From: Aquificaceae bacterium
Lineage (GTDB): Bacteria; Aquificota; Aquificia; Aquificales; Aquificaceae
DNA length: 30,727 nt
Assembly: GCA_039630345.1 (NCBI GenBank)
Contig: JBCNVD010000027.1
Span: 1-30,727 of the forward strand
Direction: 5' to 3'
The translations under genes and the position numbers were made by a program. Positions 17,148 through 26,780 of the stretch are shown here, one piece after another. The notes under the pieces were generated by a model, which did not search any database, was not told the DNA's origin, and saw nothing but the letters and a program-made list of their open reading frames with translations. Positions within the stretch are counted from its first letter, which is position 1, and every line of letters starts with the position of its first letter.

Positions 17148-18430
17148 CTTATATCTTCCTCTATCCTTAGAATTGCTGGGTTTTCGTCGCTTATTTTAAG
17201 CAGACGGATTTCTTCAATAGCTCTTTGCATCTGACTTTCTCTGGCATTGTGGGTTAATATAACCAGCGGAACAAGAGCCTTATTTTCAGAGTTTGCTATT
17301 TTGCATACTTTTTCTTTCTGTAAAACAGAGGCTATGCTGATTTGATGCCTTGCAAGAACCCCTGCAACAGACGCAAGAACCCCAGGTTTATCAACTACCT
17401 GAAGCCTTAGATAGTATCTTGATGTAAAATCTTTTTCTAAATTCAGGTTTGTGGTTTTTGGTCTTTGGCTTCTTGAGCTATTTAGAGCAATGTCTATGAT
17501 GTCTGATACGACGGCGGATGCGGTGGGCAAAGAGCCTGCCCCCTGACCCTGAAGGGTGATTTCGCCGACAAAATCACCCTCTATTTTTATGGCGTTAAAA
17601 ACCCCGTCCACTTTTGAAAGTGGCTCTGAGTTTGGTAAAAATGCAGGATGGACCCTTAGTTGGACGCTATCTGAGTCTTTTTTGGCTATGCCGAGAAGTT
17701 TTAGTCTGTATCCTAGCTCTGCCCCGAGGCTTAAGTCCAGTGGCTTTAATTTGCTGATTCCCTCCACCAGTATTTCAGAGGTTTTAAATAGCTTCCCAAA
17801 GGCAAGCATTGCAAGGATTGCTATTTTGTGTGCGCTGTCTATACCTTCAATGTCAAGTGTTGGGTCTTTTTCTGCGTATCCAAGTTCCTGAGCCTTTTTA
17901 AGGCAGGAGCTAAAATCCTGCCCGCCTTCCATACAGCCAAGGATGTAGTTGGTGGTGCCATTTAAAATCCCGTGCACTGACTTTATCTGGTTTGCGCTAA
18001 GGGCTTCTTTAAGGACCTTAATTACCGGAATTCCCCCTCCCACAGAGGCTTCAAAGGCAATTAAAACCCCCATTTGCTCTGCAAGACTCAGGAGCTCTTC
18101 CCCATATGTTGCCAGAAGGTGCTTGTTTGCCGTAACTACATGCTTTTTTGCTCTTAGGGCACTCTCTATGAGATTTTTTGCAAAGTCAATGCCGCCTACT
18201 AGCTCCACCACTATGTCGCAACTTTCTAAAACTTCTCTGTAGTCTTCGGTCCTTAGCTCCATAGGCACTTTAAAAGGTCTCTCTCTTTGCCAGTCTCTAT
18301 CTGCGACTTTTATGAGCTTTATGTCTACCCCTGTTTGCGAAATTATGTGATTGTGATTTTCTAAAATTAACTTTACCACCCCACTTCCGACTGTGCCACA
18401 GCCTACTATCCCGACTTTGACGCTTCTCAC
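17144..18430 (-). CDS. hom: Homoserine dehydrogenase with C-terminal ACT domain
   Basis: GCGTVGSG, VVTANK, FEASVGGGIP, GILNGTTNYIL, LGYAE.DP..DIEG.D and DKPGVLA. Confidence 0.97.
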   Translation of the reverse strand: MRSVKVGIVGCGTVGSGVVKLILENHNHIISQTGVDIKLIKVADRDWQRERPFKVPMELRTEDYREVLESCDIVVELVGGIDFAKNLIESALRAKKHVVTANKHLLATYGEELLSLAEQMGVLIAFEASVGGGIPVIKVLKEALSANQIKSVHGILNGTTNYILGCMEGGQDFSSCLKKAQELGYAEKDPTLDIEGIDSAHKIAILAMLAFGKLFKTSEILVEGISKLKPLDLSLGAELGYRLKLLGIAKKDSDSVQLRVHPAFLPNSEPLSKVDGVFNAIKIEGDFVGEITLQGQGAGSLPTASAVVSDIIDIALNSSRSQRPKTTNLNLEKDFTSRYYLRLQVVDKPGVLASVAGVLARHQISIASVLQKEKVCKIANSENKALVPLVILTHNARESQMQRAIEEIRLLKISDENPAILRIEEDIR

Positions 18431-18454
18431 TGGGTTTTGATTATAAATTAAAGA

Positions 18455-18907
18455 ATGCTAAAGATAATAACCAGCGTTTTTACTATGCTGAATTTAGCGC
18501 TTTCTCTTAGCAAAGAAGATGTATTGCGTATCGTTTGCCCTGTTAAACCCGTTCGCACAAAGGATGGGCTTCACTGCCCTGTGTGTCCTGATTTTACATC
18601 CAGAGCAGGCGAAAAGACCGAAGTTTTTGAAATTCAGCAAGTGCTTATTGGAAGGTTTGCAAAGGGCAAAACTATAGCCGTGGCTACATATTCGAGCAAG
18701 TACTTTTGCGAACCTGGCGTATATGTAGGTGGTCACATAGTTTTGGAAAAAGAAGGCAATGGATACAGGTTTGTTTATGGAAGGCCCAGATACCTCGGTT
18801 TTTGCAAAGTGCTAACTGGCAAAGATGAGGATAAGCTCCTTTGCAGGGGAGAGATATGCAAGCTAGAAGCTGACGGCCTAAACTGTCAACCTGCGGGCAA
18901 AAAATAG
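18455..18907 (+). CDS. Hypothetical secreted cysteine-rich protein
   Basis: N-terminal signal-peptide-like segment and 8 Cys residues, including CPVCP. Confidence 0.75.
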   Translation: MLKIITSVFTMLNLALSLSKEDVLRIVCPVKPVRTKDGLHCPVCPDFTSRAGEKTEVFEIQQVLIGRFAKGKTIAVATYSSKYFCEPGVYVGGHIVLEKEGNGYRFVYGRPRYLGFCKVLTGKDEDKLLCRGEICKLEADGLNCQPAGKK

Positions 18908-18923
18908 ATATACTTAAAAGATT

Positions 18924-19796
18924 ATGGCCCAGGTTATTTTAAGTGGAAGGGCCGCCTCAGTGCCTTTGCGCGAGCTAATAAAACAGAAGGTAAATCTTAT
19001 AAAAAAAGAGGGTCTTAGGCCACCTTGCCTTTGTGCTGTTTTAGTAGGCAATGACACATCGAGCCAGATTTATGTATCAAACAAACAAAAAGCCTGCAAC
19101 TCTGTAGGGATTGAATCAAGGGTATATCACCTAAGTGAGGATACATCCAAAGAAGAGCTCCTTAGGCTAATTAACCAGCTTAATCTTGACGAAAGCGTGG
19201 ACGCCATTATCGTTCAGCTTCCACTTCCAAAGCACATAGACCAGCAGGAGATAATAAGCGCCATAGACCCATCCAAAGATGTGGACGGTTTTCATCCTAT
19301 AAACCTTGGTTTTTTGATGGCTCAGGCGGATAAGGGCTTTATTCCCTGCACCCCACTTGGGGTGGAGCTTCTTTTAAAGCACTACGAAATTGACCCAAAA
19401 GGCGCAGAGGTCGTAATAGTAGGAACGGGTTTTATAGTAGGAAGACCTCTTGGGCTTTTGATGCTCTGGCGCGGTGCCACTGTCAGGATGTGCAACATAA
19501 ACACAAAAGATATTTCAATCCATACCCGCGAAGCGGACATTATTATAAGCGCCGTTGGAAAGCCCTTTTTGATAAAGGCCAATATGGTAAAAAGAGGCGC
19601 AATAGTTATAGACATTGGCATAACCAGAGTTGATAACAAAATCTCTGGAGATGTTGACTATGAAGAAGTTTCAAAGCTAGCAAGCGCCATAACCCCTGTT
19701 CCGGGCGGTGTGGGTCCAATGACCGTGACCGCGCTTTTGTTAAATACCTTTAAAGCCTACTCTCAGAGGTTTAAAAGTGAAAGAGCTCTTACTTGA
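18924..19796 (+). CDS. folD: Bifunctional methylenetetrahydrofolate dehydrogenase/cyclohydrolase
   Basis: YVSNK, IIVQLPLP, KDVDGFHP, PCTP and ITPVPGGVGPMT. Confidence 0.97.
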   Translation: MAQVILSGRAASVPLRELIKQKVNLIKKEGLRPPCLCAVLVGNDTSSQIYVSNKQKACNSVGIESRVYHLSEDTSKEELLRLINQLNLDESVDAIIVQLPLPKHIDQQEIISAIDPSKDVDGFHPINLGFLMAQADKGFIPCTPLGVELLLKHYEIDPKGAEVVIVGTGFIVGRPLGLLMLWRGATVRMCNINTKDISIHTREADIIISAVGKPFLIKANMVKRGAIVIDIGITRVDNKISGDVDYEEVSKLASAITPVPGGVGPMTVTALLLNTFKAYSQRFKSERALT

Positions 19797-20355
19797 GAGC
19801 GTCTTTGTTAGCCTTGATATAGAAGCAACGGGCATAGACCCGCAAACATGCGAAATCATAGAGGTTGCCTGCGTAAGGGTAGAGGGGGGAATAATAACAG
19901 AAGAATTTAGCACCCTCGTAAACCCCGGATACCCACTGCCCGGCAGGATAACTCAGCTAACTGGCATAACAAACGCGATGCTCGTTGGAAGACCGACCGC
20001 TATAGAGGTTTTGCCCCATCTTGAGAGTTTTATAAAAGACCATATCATAGTCGCCCACAGGGCTGAAAAAGACATCGCTTTTATAGACAGAATTTACAGA
20101 AGGGTCTATAAAAAGCGCTTTCGCCACCCTTATATATGCACCTATCATCTTGCAAGAAACATCCTTCCGGAGCTAAAACGCTATTCTCTAAAAGACCTTG
20201 CTTTATACTTTAGCATCCAACACGGAAGAGCCCACAGGGCAAAAGACGATGCCAGAACCACTGCTTTGATTTTTATAGAGCTATTAAAAATTCTTTGGAA
20301 CAGACTTGGAATTGGAGACTACATTCACATCAAGCGCCTTTCCAAGGGGGCATAA
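19777..20355 (+). CDS. DEDDh 3'-5' exonuclease (DNA pol III epsilon/PolC-exo-like)
   Basis: ExoI DIEATG, LTGITNAML, ExoII AHRAEKD and ExoIII HRAKDDA. Confidence 0.88.
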   Translation: MKELLLESVFVSLDIEATGIDPQTCEIIEVACVRVEGGIITEEFSTLVNPGYPLPGRITQLTGITNAMLVGRPTAIEVLPHLESFIKDHIIVAHRAEKDIAFIDRIYRRVYKKRFRHPYICTYHLARNILPELKRYSLKDLALYFSIQHGRAHRAKDDARTTALIFIELLKILWNRLGIGDYIHIKRLSKGA

Positions 20356-21391
20356 GTCCAAGAATCCGCCTCATTATGCCGCTATTTTCCCCATTGAGCT
20401 GCTTTTCTAACTTCTCCAGAAGTTTTCTTGTGCTTGAATTTATATTTTTAGGAACTTCTATGCGAATCTGAATTACCATATTGCCCCTTCCTTGCGAGGA
20501 TGGAAAGCCTTCTTTTGGCAAAACCACGCTCGAGCCACATTCTGTGCCGGGCTGGATAAAAAATTTCAGCTCTTTGCCATCAAGACCCTTTATACTCTCT
20601 TCGCCCCCAAGGACGGCTTTTGGGAATGATATAAAAATTTCAGTATGCAGGTCGTTGCCAATTTTTTTAAACCTCTCATGCGCCAGTAGCTCCACTCTCA
20701 GATACAAATCCCCCGCCTGACCTCCTCTTTCGCCAGCGTGGCCAAAACCCTTTACAAGGAGCGTATCACCTTCCTGAGTGCCTTGAGGTATGGAAACTTC
20801 AACCGCGCTGGCGCGCGCAACCCTTCCTCTCCCCCCACATACCCTGCAGGTGTTTTTTATTATCACCCCCCTGCCTTTGCATACCGAGCAGGGCCTTGGG
20901 AAAGAAAATATCCCGCTCACTCTCCTTCCGCTCCCTTTGCAAGCTGGGCAGGTCTCTATCTGCGGCTCTCCTTCGTATCCTTTGCCCTGACAGTTATCGC
21001 AATCATCCCATCGCTCATACTTAATTACCTTGCTACATCCAAACGCTGCCTCTTCCAGGGTCAGCTTTAGTTTAAGTCTTAAATCCTGACCTCGCCTTGG
21101 CTTTGGAGCTCTCATTCCGCTTATGATGCTGTCTATAAATTCCTGGATGTATTCCATAAAGTCTCTATATGCGCGCTCGTCGCGCGAGTTTAATATCTGG
21201 TCGTATTTTTCTCGCTTTTCCGCGTCAGAGAGAACGTGATAAGCCTCATTGATTTCCCTGAATCTTTGAGAGCTCTCCGGGTCTTTGTTAATGTCAGGAT
21301 GGTAAAGTTTTGCCAGTCTCCTGTAGGCGGATTTTATTTCAGAAATCGTTGCATCTTTTGAAACCCCAAGAATTGCGTAATAGTCTTTCAT
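20330..21391 (-). CDS. dnaJ: DnaJ chaperone (J domain + 4 CxxCxGxG zinc-finger repeats + CTD)
   Basis: DYYAILGV, HPD, and the repeats CDNCQGKG/CPACKGSG/CSVCKGRG/CRVCGGRG. Confidence 0.93.
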   Translation of the reverse strand: MKDYYAILGVSKDATISEIKSAYRRLAKLYHPDINKDPESSQRFREINEAYHVLSDAEKREKYDQILNSRDERAYRDFMEYIQEFIDSIISGMRAPKPRRGQDLRLKLKLTLEEAAFGCSKVIKYERWDDCDNCQGKGYEGEPQIETCPACKGSGRRVSGIFSFPRPCSVCKGRGVIIKNTCRVCGGRGRVARASAVEVSIPQGTQEGDTLLVKGFGHAGERGGQAGDLYLRVELLAHERFKKIGNDLHTEIFISFPKAVLGGEESIKGLDGKELKFFIQPGTECGSSVVLPKEGFPSSQGRGNMVIQIRIEVPKNINSSTRKLLEKLEKQLNGENSGIMRRILGLMPPWKGA

Positions 21392-22644
21392 AGCAGTATG
21401 TATTCTTCTCTTGATGGACCCGTTGAGAGCATCACTATGGGTGTATTTAGCTGCTCTTCTATGAAGCTGATAAATTCCAGAGCTCTATCTGGCAATTCTT
21501 CTATAGACCGAGCCCCTTTTGTTGAAACCTGCCACCCCGGGAGCTCTTCAAATATAGGTTCAACGCTCTTTAAGCTTGTAATGTCTGCGGGAAAGCTCTG
21601 GGTTATCTTGCCATCGAGTTTGTAAGCCACGCATGCTTTAACCCTTTCAAAAGAGTCAAGAACATCTAGCTTTGTCATCACAAGAGCGTCGATGCCGTTG
21701 ACCTCAATTGCGTGCTTTAAGGCAACTAAATCTATCCAGCCGCATCTTCTTGGTCTTCCGGTGGTTGAGCCAAACTCGTTACCGATTTTGCGCAAAATCT
21801 CTCCTTCCTGGGAGTTTAGTTCTGTAGGGAATGGACCAGCCCCTACGCGGGTTGCATAGGCTTTAAAAACGCCCCAGAATTTAGCGTCGCAGAAGTATTT
21901 TGGCGAAAGACCGGTTCCGTTTGAAAGTCCAAGAGCGGAAGAGTTAGAAGAAGTTACAAAAGGGTAAGTTCCCATATCCACATCCAGAAGCGAGCCCTGA
22001 GCCCCTTCAAATAGCACGCTCTGGCAAGATAGGAGCATTTTGCCTGCGTCCACAACCATATCTTTTATCTTTTCAAAATAATTAACTGTTTTTTCATATA
22101 TTTCCTGAGGGTTTAATTCACATAAATCCAGATCCCTGCATAACTCTTTGGCAAGCTCTACATTCTCTTCTATGGTTGAATAGAGTCTATTATGATCTTT
22201 TATGTCGCAGAGTCTTATGCCCCTTCTTGCAAATTTAAACATATAACTGGGTCCTATTCCCCTAAGGGTAGTGCCAATTTTATCCTTGCTCTCAAGGAGT
22301 CTTTCTATAACCCTGTGATAATTTAGCACTATGTGTGCTCTTTCGCTTAAAAAGAGTCTATCTTTTATTTCTATCCCTATTTCTTCAAGTTTTTTTATCT
22401 CCTCAAGGAGCAATTCAAGGTCGATTACTGCCCCTTGTGCTATTAAAGCCTTTACGTTTTTATGGAGTATGCCTGTGGGCAAAAGGTGCAAAACCACAGG
22501 CTTTTGATTAAAAACCACCGTGTGGCCTGCGTTTGAACCTCCCTGATATCTAACGACAAGCTCAAACTCAGGCGATAGCAAATCCACGACCTTGCCTTTC
22601 CCTTCGTCGCCCCACTGAGCGCCAAGGACGACAAGTTTTTTCAA
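21388..22644 (-). CDS. purA: Adenylosuccinate synthetase
   Basis: GAQWGDEGKGK, GGSNAGHT, EGAQG..LD.D.GTYPFVTSS and GSTTGRPRRCGW. Confidence 0.98.
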   Translation of the reverse strand: MKKLVVLGAQWGDEGKGKVVDLLSPEFELVVRYQGGSNAGHTVVFNQKPVVLHLLPTGILHKNVKALIAQGAVIDLELLLEEIKKLEEIGIEIKDRLFLSERAHIVLNYHRVIERLLESKDKIGTTLRGIGPSYMFKFARRGIRLCDIKDHNRLYSTIEENVELAKELCRDLDLCELNPQEIYEKTVNYFEKIKDMVVDAGKMLLSCQSVLFEGAQGSLLDVDMGTYPFVTSSNSSALGLSNGTGLSPKYFCDAKFWGVFKAYATRVGAGPFPTELNSQEGEILRKIGNEFGSTTGRPRRCGWIDLVALKHAIEVNGIDALVMTKLDVLDSFERVKACVAYKLDGKITQSFPADITSLKSVEPIFEELPGWQVSTKGARSIEELPDRALEFISFIEEQLNTPIVMLSTGPSREEYILL

Positions 22645-23738
22645 GCGCTGACCCCCTTTAGGCGCATTCCTTCTTTTCCCAAAACTTCAACAAGTCTATC
22701 AATGCCCCAGCCTCTTAAGGCAGATACCACCACCGCTTTTGAATCCACAAAAGCAGGCTCTGTAAGGAGGTCTATTTTAGAAGGAGAACTTATAACCCTG
22801 TCGGCTTTATTAAAGACATATATAACGGGCGTTTCCTGAGCTCCAAGGTCTGCAAGCACTGATTTAACAACGCCAACTTTCTCAAACCAGTTTTTATCCG
22901 AAATATCTATCACGTGAAGTATTAAATCAGCCTCTGTGAGCTCTTCCAGAGTCGCCTTAAAAGACTCTATAAGCTCAGGCGGTAGCTTTCTGATAAAGCC
23001 CACCGTATCTGTAAGCAGGAGCTTTATCTCGCCTGAGAGAATCCTTGCAGAGGTCAGAGTATCAAGCGAGGAAAAAGGCATGTTTTCAACAGGTGCTTGA
23101 CGACCGGTGATTGCCCTCATAAGACTTGATTTGCCTACATTTGTATAGCCAACCAGAACAGCTCTTAAAACATTCCCCATCTCTCTTCTCTTTCTTTGCT
23201 CTCTCCTTTGGGCTTTGACTTGCTCTAGCTCTTTTTTAATCTGACCTATGCGCTTTCTAATAGCGCGCCTTCTTATCTCAGCGGATTGCTCACCAGGACC
23301 TCTTGTCCCCACTCCACCTCCTAGTCTTGAGAGCTCGTCCCCGGCTCCATAAAGCCTTGGGAGTTCGTAAGTCAGTCTTGCTAGCTCTACCTGAAGCTTT
23401 GCGGTCTTTGACCTAACCCTTTGCGAAAAAATTTCCAGCACCAGGGTTGCTCTATCAAGCACCTTTACCCCAAGTTCTCTCTCAAGGTTTGAGACCTGCG
23501 AAGGCGTCAAAAACGCATCAATAACCACCCCATCTGCCCCTGTGCCCTCAATGATTAGCTTGATCTCCTGGAGTTTGCCTGCCCCTACATAAAATCTCGG
23601 GTCTGGATAGCTCCTCCTTTGAAGCACATACCCTATTGACCTGCCCCCCAAGGATTTAATGAGCTCTTTAAGCTCACGGATAGAGTCAAGGGCTTCCTCG
23701 CGCGTCGTTTCTATAATCCCTACTATGAGGGCTTTCAT
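22641..23738 (-). CDS. hflX: Ribosome-splitting GTPase HflX
   Basis: LQVELA.L.Y.LPRL, GGVGTRGPGE, GYTNVGKS, DTVGFI and NKAD. Confidence 0.97.
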   Translation of the reverse strand: MKALIVGIIETTREEALDSIRELKELIKSLGGRSIGYVLQRRSYPDPRFYVGAGKLQEIKLIIEGTGADGVVIDAFLTPSQVSNLERELGVKVLDRATLVLEIFSQRVRSKTAKLQVELARLTYELPRLYGAGDELSRLGGGVGTRGPGEQSAEIRRRAIRKRIGQIKKELEQVKAQRREQRKRREMGNVLRAVLVGYTNVGKSSLMRAITGRQAPVENMPFSSLDTLTSARILSGEIKLLLTDTVGFIRKLPPELIESFKATLEELTEADLILHVIDISDKNWFEKVGVVKSVLADLGAQETPVIYVFNKADRVISSPSKIDLLTEPAFVDSKAVVVSALRGWGIDRLVEVLGKEGMRLKGVSA

Positions 23739-23947
23739 TAGCCCCCTTGGGTTATTGTGCTGATTGCATGTTTATATATCAAGTTTGGCTCTCCTTCTAC
23801 CTCAAGGAGAATTGTGTATTTATCGTGCTTTATGATTTTTCCGGTTATTCTGTTCCCTCTTGTTAAAAAAACCGTCACTAAATTACCTTTTTTCCTGAGC
23901 TCTTCTATGTAACTTGACTGGAGCTCTTCCTCTTCTCTTGCAAACAT
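23738..23947 (-). CDS. hfq: RNA chaperone Hfq (divergent Sm-like paralog)
   Basis: Sm2 motif LIYKHAISTI, an N-terminal LQ...LRK helix, and the classic hfq-hflX adjacency. Confidence 0.88.
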   Translation of the reverse strand: MFAREEEELQSSYIEELRKKGNLVTVFLTRGNRITGKIIKHDKYTILLEVEGEPNLIYKHAISTITQGG

Positions 23948-23983
23948 AGGCTAAAATATATATCAAACTTCAGCTGATCGCAA

Positions 23984-24961
23984 ATGCTTACCAATTTAGA
24001 TATTCAAAACCTCGCAAGCGAAATAGGGGCAAAAGTCTTGCATACTCACGCAAGCTGGGTTTTGATTCTTGAAGATGTGGTTTATAAGATAAAAAAGCCC
24101 GTTAACTTCGGTTTTTTAGACTACTCAACGTATGAGAAGCGCCTTGAGTTTTACAAACTTGAGCTCGAACTAAACAGAAGACTTTGCCCATGGATATACC
24201 TTGATGTGGTCCCAATTAGCTTAATTGACTCAAAATTAAAGCTGGAAAATAGCTCTAACATAGTAGAAAGCGCCATCAAAATGAAAAAAATCCCCGAAGA
24301 GAGTATAATGATAAACAGACTTGATAAAATAACCCAGAGTGATATCATAAATCTTGCAAATCACATAGCAAGTTTTCATAAAAGTGCCAGAATATGCAAA
24401 AACTTCCAGGACCCTTCGGTGATTATTTACAATGTTATGGAAAACTTCGAGCAAACTAAGGAATTTATAAACCTCACCATCCCCAAAGAGACCTTTGACT
24501 TTATAAAATCAAGAAGCGAAAAGTTCATGGAAGAAAACATAGACATTTTTAAAGAGCGTGCAAATACAGGATTAATCATCGACGGACACGGCGATATAAG
24601 ACTCGAGCATGTCGCCTTTTTAAAAGAAGGCACATGCGTCTTTGACTGCGTTGAGTTTAACGAGCGCTTTAGATGCGCAGATAGGATAAACGATATGTGC
24701 TTTCTAAGCATGGAGCTTGAGCTAAACTCAAGATGGGATCTTTCTGAAATTTTTGAAAAAGCCTACTTTAATGCCATTGGCGAAACCGCCCCAAAAGAGC
24801 TCCTCTATTTTTATAAATCCTACAGAGCCTATGTCAGGGGCAAGGTCAATAGCCTTTTGGCCAAAGAGTCAGAACATAAAGTTTTTGCAAAAGAGCTCGC
24901 CAGAAAACACTTCGAGCTAAGCGCTCTATATATAAAAAACGCTACTGATAAAAATAATTAA
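23984..24961 (+). CDS. Aminoglycoside phosphotransferase/kinase-like protein (COG2187-type), no fused P-loop domain
   Basis: THASWV, VYKIKKPVNFGFLDYST, ELELNRRL, HGDIRLEH, FDCVEFNERFR and YRAYVRGKV. Confidence 0.8.
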   Translation: MLTNLDIQNLASEIGAKVLHTHASWVLILEDVVYKIKKPVNFGFLDYSTYEKRLEFYKLELELNRRLCPWIYLDVVPISLIDSKLKLENSSNIVESAIKMKKIPEESIMINRLDKITQSDIINLANHIASFHKSARICKNFQDPSVIIYNVMENFEQTKEFINLTIPKETFDFIKSRSEKFMEENIDIFKERANTGLIIDGHGDIRLEHVAFLKEGTCVFDCVEFNERFRCADRINDMCFLSMELELNSRWDLSEIFEKAYFNAIGETAPKELLYFYKSYRAYVRGKVNSLLAKESEHKVFAKELARKHFELSALYIKNATDKNN

Positions 24962-25315
24962 AGCCTTGCCAAGGTAATACCCAAGAGCAACCAGAATAAC
25001 CCCAAGAAGGTTGCTAATAAGTAAATATCCAATAGCCAAAGCCAGCTTGCCCTTTAAAATCATGTAAAAAACCTCGTAAACAAGCGAAGAAAAGGTCGAA
25101 TAACCCCCCATAAGCCCGCTTATTAAAAACCCTTTCTGAACCAAACTCATAGATTCTCCAAGCACCCCAATTATTAACCCAATAAGGAGTGCAGAGCTTA
25201 AATTAACCACCAAAGTCCCCATAGGAAACTCGGGTCTAAAGAAGATTTTCACCACAAGAAATCTGGCCAAAACGCCTATTAATCCCCCCAAAGCAATTGC
25301 CAGAACCTGACTCAT
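24926..25315 (-). CDS. crcB: Fluoride efflux channel FluC/CrcB
   Basis: GG.IG...RF, FP.GTL.VN and G.MGGYSTFSS; four TM helices. Confidence 0.92.
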   Translation of the reverse strand: MSQVLAIALGGLIGVLARFLVVKIFFRPEFPMGTLVVNLSSALLIGLIIGVLGESMSLVQKGFLISGLMGGYSTFSSLVYEVFYMILKGKLALAIGYLLISNLLGVILVALGYYLGKALIIFISSVFYI

Positions 25316-25956
25316 CGTAATTTGCTTAAACCAAGATGCGCAAGTCTTATAGGCTCAGGGATTCTATACCTGCTAAGCTTTAAAACCACCTCAATTGCAC
25401 CAAGATGGCTAATTCTATGCCCCGCAGAGACAAAAACAGGCTTTACATTCTCTTTTGTCCTTAAAACATACCCAACCACTCTTGATTTATAAATTATTTC
25501 CTCAAACGCGCCCCTTCGGGGCGCAGGATATTTAAACTCCCCCACAAGAGGACTTTTGGCAACCCCTATGGCAGGAATGTCAAGCTCTTGCCCCACCTGC
25601 ATGGCAATTCCGCAAAGTCTTGGATGCGCCTGCCCATGACCGTCAATTAGTATCATCTGAGGCTTTATCTCACTCTTTTCAAAGACTTTTAAAATAAGCT
25701 CAAGCTCTCTCATGGCTAAAAGCCCGGGCACATATGGCTCTTTAACAACCCCTTCGGCAAAAACCTTTGAAACCTCCTCTTTACCGTCAAAAACCACCAT
25801 ACAGGCAAAAGCCCGGGTCGGGGTCCTTAGTGGGTTTTCAAAACTTAGGTCAATTCCGCCATAGAGCTCTGCTTCTGAGCTTCCTTCAAGAAAAGCTCTT
25901 AAGGCGCATTCATGCTGTTTCTTGAGAAACTCCTCTCTCGTCACAGAGCTTTTCAA
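25312..25956 (-). CDS. nfi: Endonuclease V
   Basis: GGIDLSF, PYVPGLLAMRE, IDGHGQAHPR.CGIA, IGVAKS, PVFVSAGH and RIPEPIRLAH. Confidence 0.95.
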   Translation of the reverse strand: MKSSVTREEFLKKQHECALRAFLEGSSEAELYGGIDLSFENPLRTPTRAFACMVVFDGKEEVSKVFAEGVVKEPYVPGLLAMRELELILKVFEKSEIKPQMILIDGHGQAHPRLCGIAMQVGQELDIPAIGVAKSPLVGEFKYPAPRRGAFEEIIYKSRVVGYVLRTKENVKPVFVSAGHRISHLGAIEVVLKLSRYRIPEPIRLAHLGLSKLR

Positions 25957-26773
25957 TTATAACCTTTTCACCACAGTCTGTTTTTAGCTCGCTATTTAGG
26001 GCTTTTCTTAAGATAAATCCAAGCCCTAAATCTTCTAAAGCGGATGTTACAAACCCTGCCTCAAAAGAGTCAGAGAGAATCTTCTGACCCTTTTTTAAAC
26101 CCTTTGCCCTTATTTTTGCAAGCACCCTTTGAGGTTTGCCCCTGTAATAAACCCTTGCTATCGCTTCCTGACCTACATAACACCCTTTGGTTAAACTTAT
26201 TGCCCTTGGTATCATGCAGGCTTCTATGGGGGATATTTTCTCAATTAGCTCTTTGCCAACTGCAGGGATAAGATTCTGGATTCTTATAAGCTCTAACTCT
26301 CTGGTATCTATCTCCTGACCTTTTAAAAACTCTCTTAGCTTTTCCTTTTCGCCAAAGACATCGTATCCTTCTATTCCAAACCTGATAGGGTTTCTAAAGA
26401 CAAAAAGCCCATCAAATGTCCCACATTCAAATCCAAAATCCGCACCTTCAACAAAGGCAAGTTCCCAATTAAGCACTTCAAACTCTACCTTCAGAGACAT
26501 TCTGAGCTTTAAAAATTCTTCTTTTAAGCTTTCTTCAAATTCACCAAAGAGATAAAAAGCCTCGTCTATTCTATAGACATAAAAATCAGACCTCACACTT
26601 CCGTTGGTTTTAAGCCAGAGATTATAACTTACGCTCATATTACCCATGGAGCGAATGTCGTTTGTCAAAAGCCCGTGCAAAAAAGCAACATGGTCTTGCA
26701 TGTTTTTTAAAACGAGTCTACTGGATTGCGACCACACTTTCATAAACTTTCCGCTAATTGATGCAAACCTCAT
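25910..26773 (-). CDS. ygfZ: YgfZ/GcvT-like folate-binding Fe-S repair protein
   Basis: Signature KGCYVGQE..AR and N-terminal FLHGLLTNDI. Confidence 0.88.
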   Translation of the reverse strand: MRFASISGKFMKVWSQSSRLVLKNMQDHVAFLHGLLTNDIRSMGNMSVSYNLWLKTNGSVRSDFYVYRIDEAFYLFGEFEESLKEEFLKLRMSLKVEFEVLNWELAFVEGADFGFECGTFDGLFVFRNPIRFGIEGYDVFGEKEKLREFLKGQEIDTRELELIRIQNLIPAVGKELIEKISPIEACMIPRAISLTKGCYVGQEAIARVYYRGKPQRVLAKIRAKGLKKGQKILSDSFEAGFVTSALEDLGLGFILRKALNSELKTDCGEKVIIEKLCDERGVSQETA

Positions 26774-26780
26774 TCCCTAA

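Noticed and set aside
17556..18242. Plus-strand ORFs within hom, and similar ones within dnaJ, purA and fabF
   Set aside because: They are antisense shadows of well-supported genes.
25316..25400. Fluoride riboswitch upstream of crcB
   Set aside because: The crcB start overlaps the nfi stop, so there is no leader, and no crcB-motif consensus was recognised.
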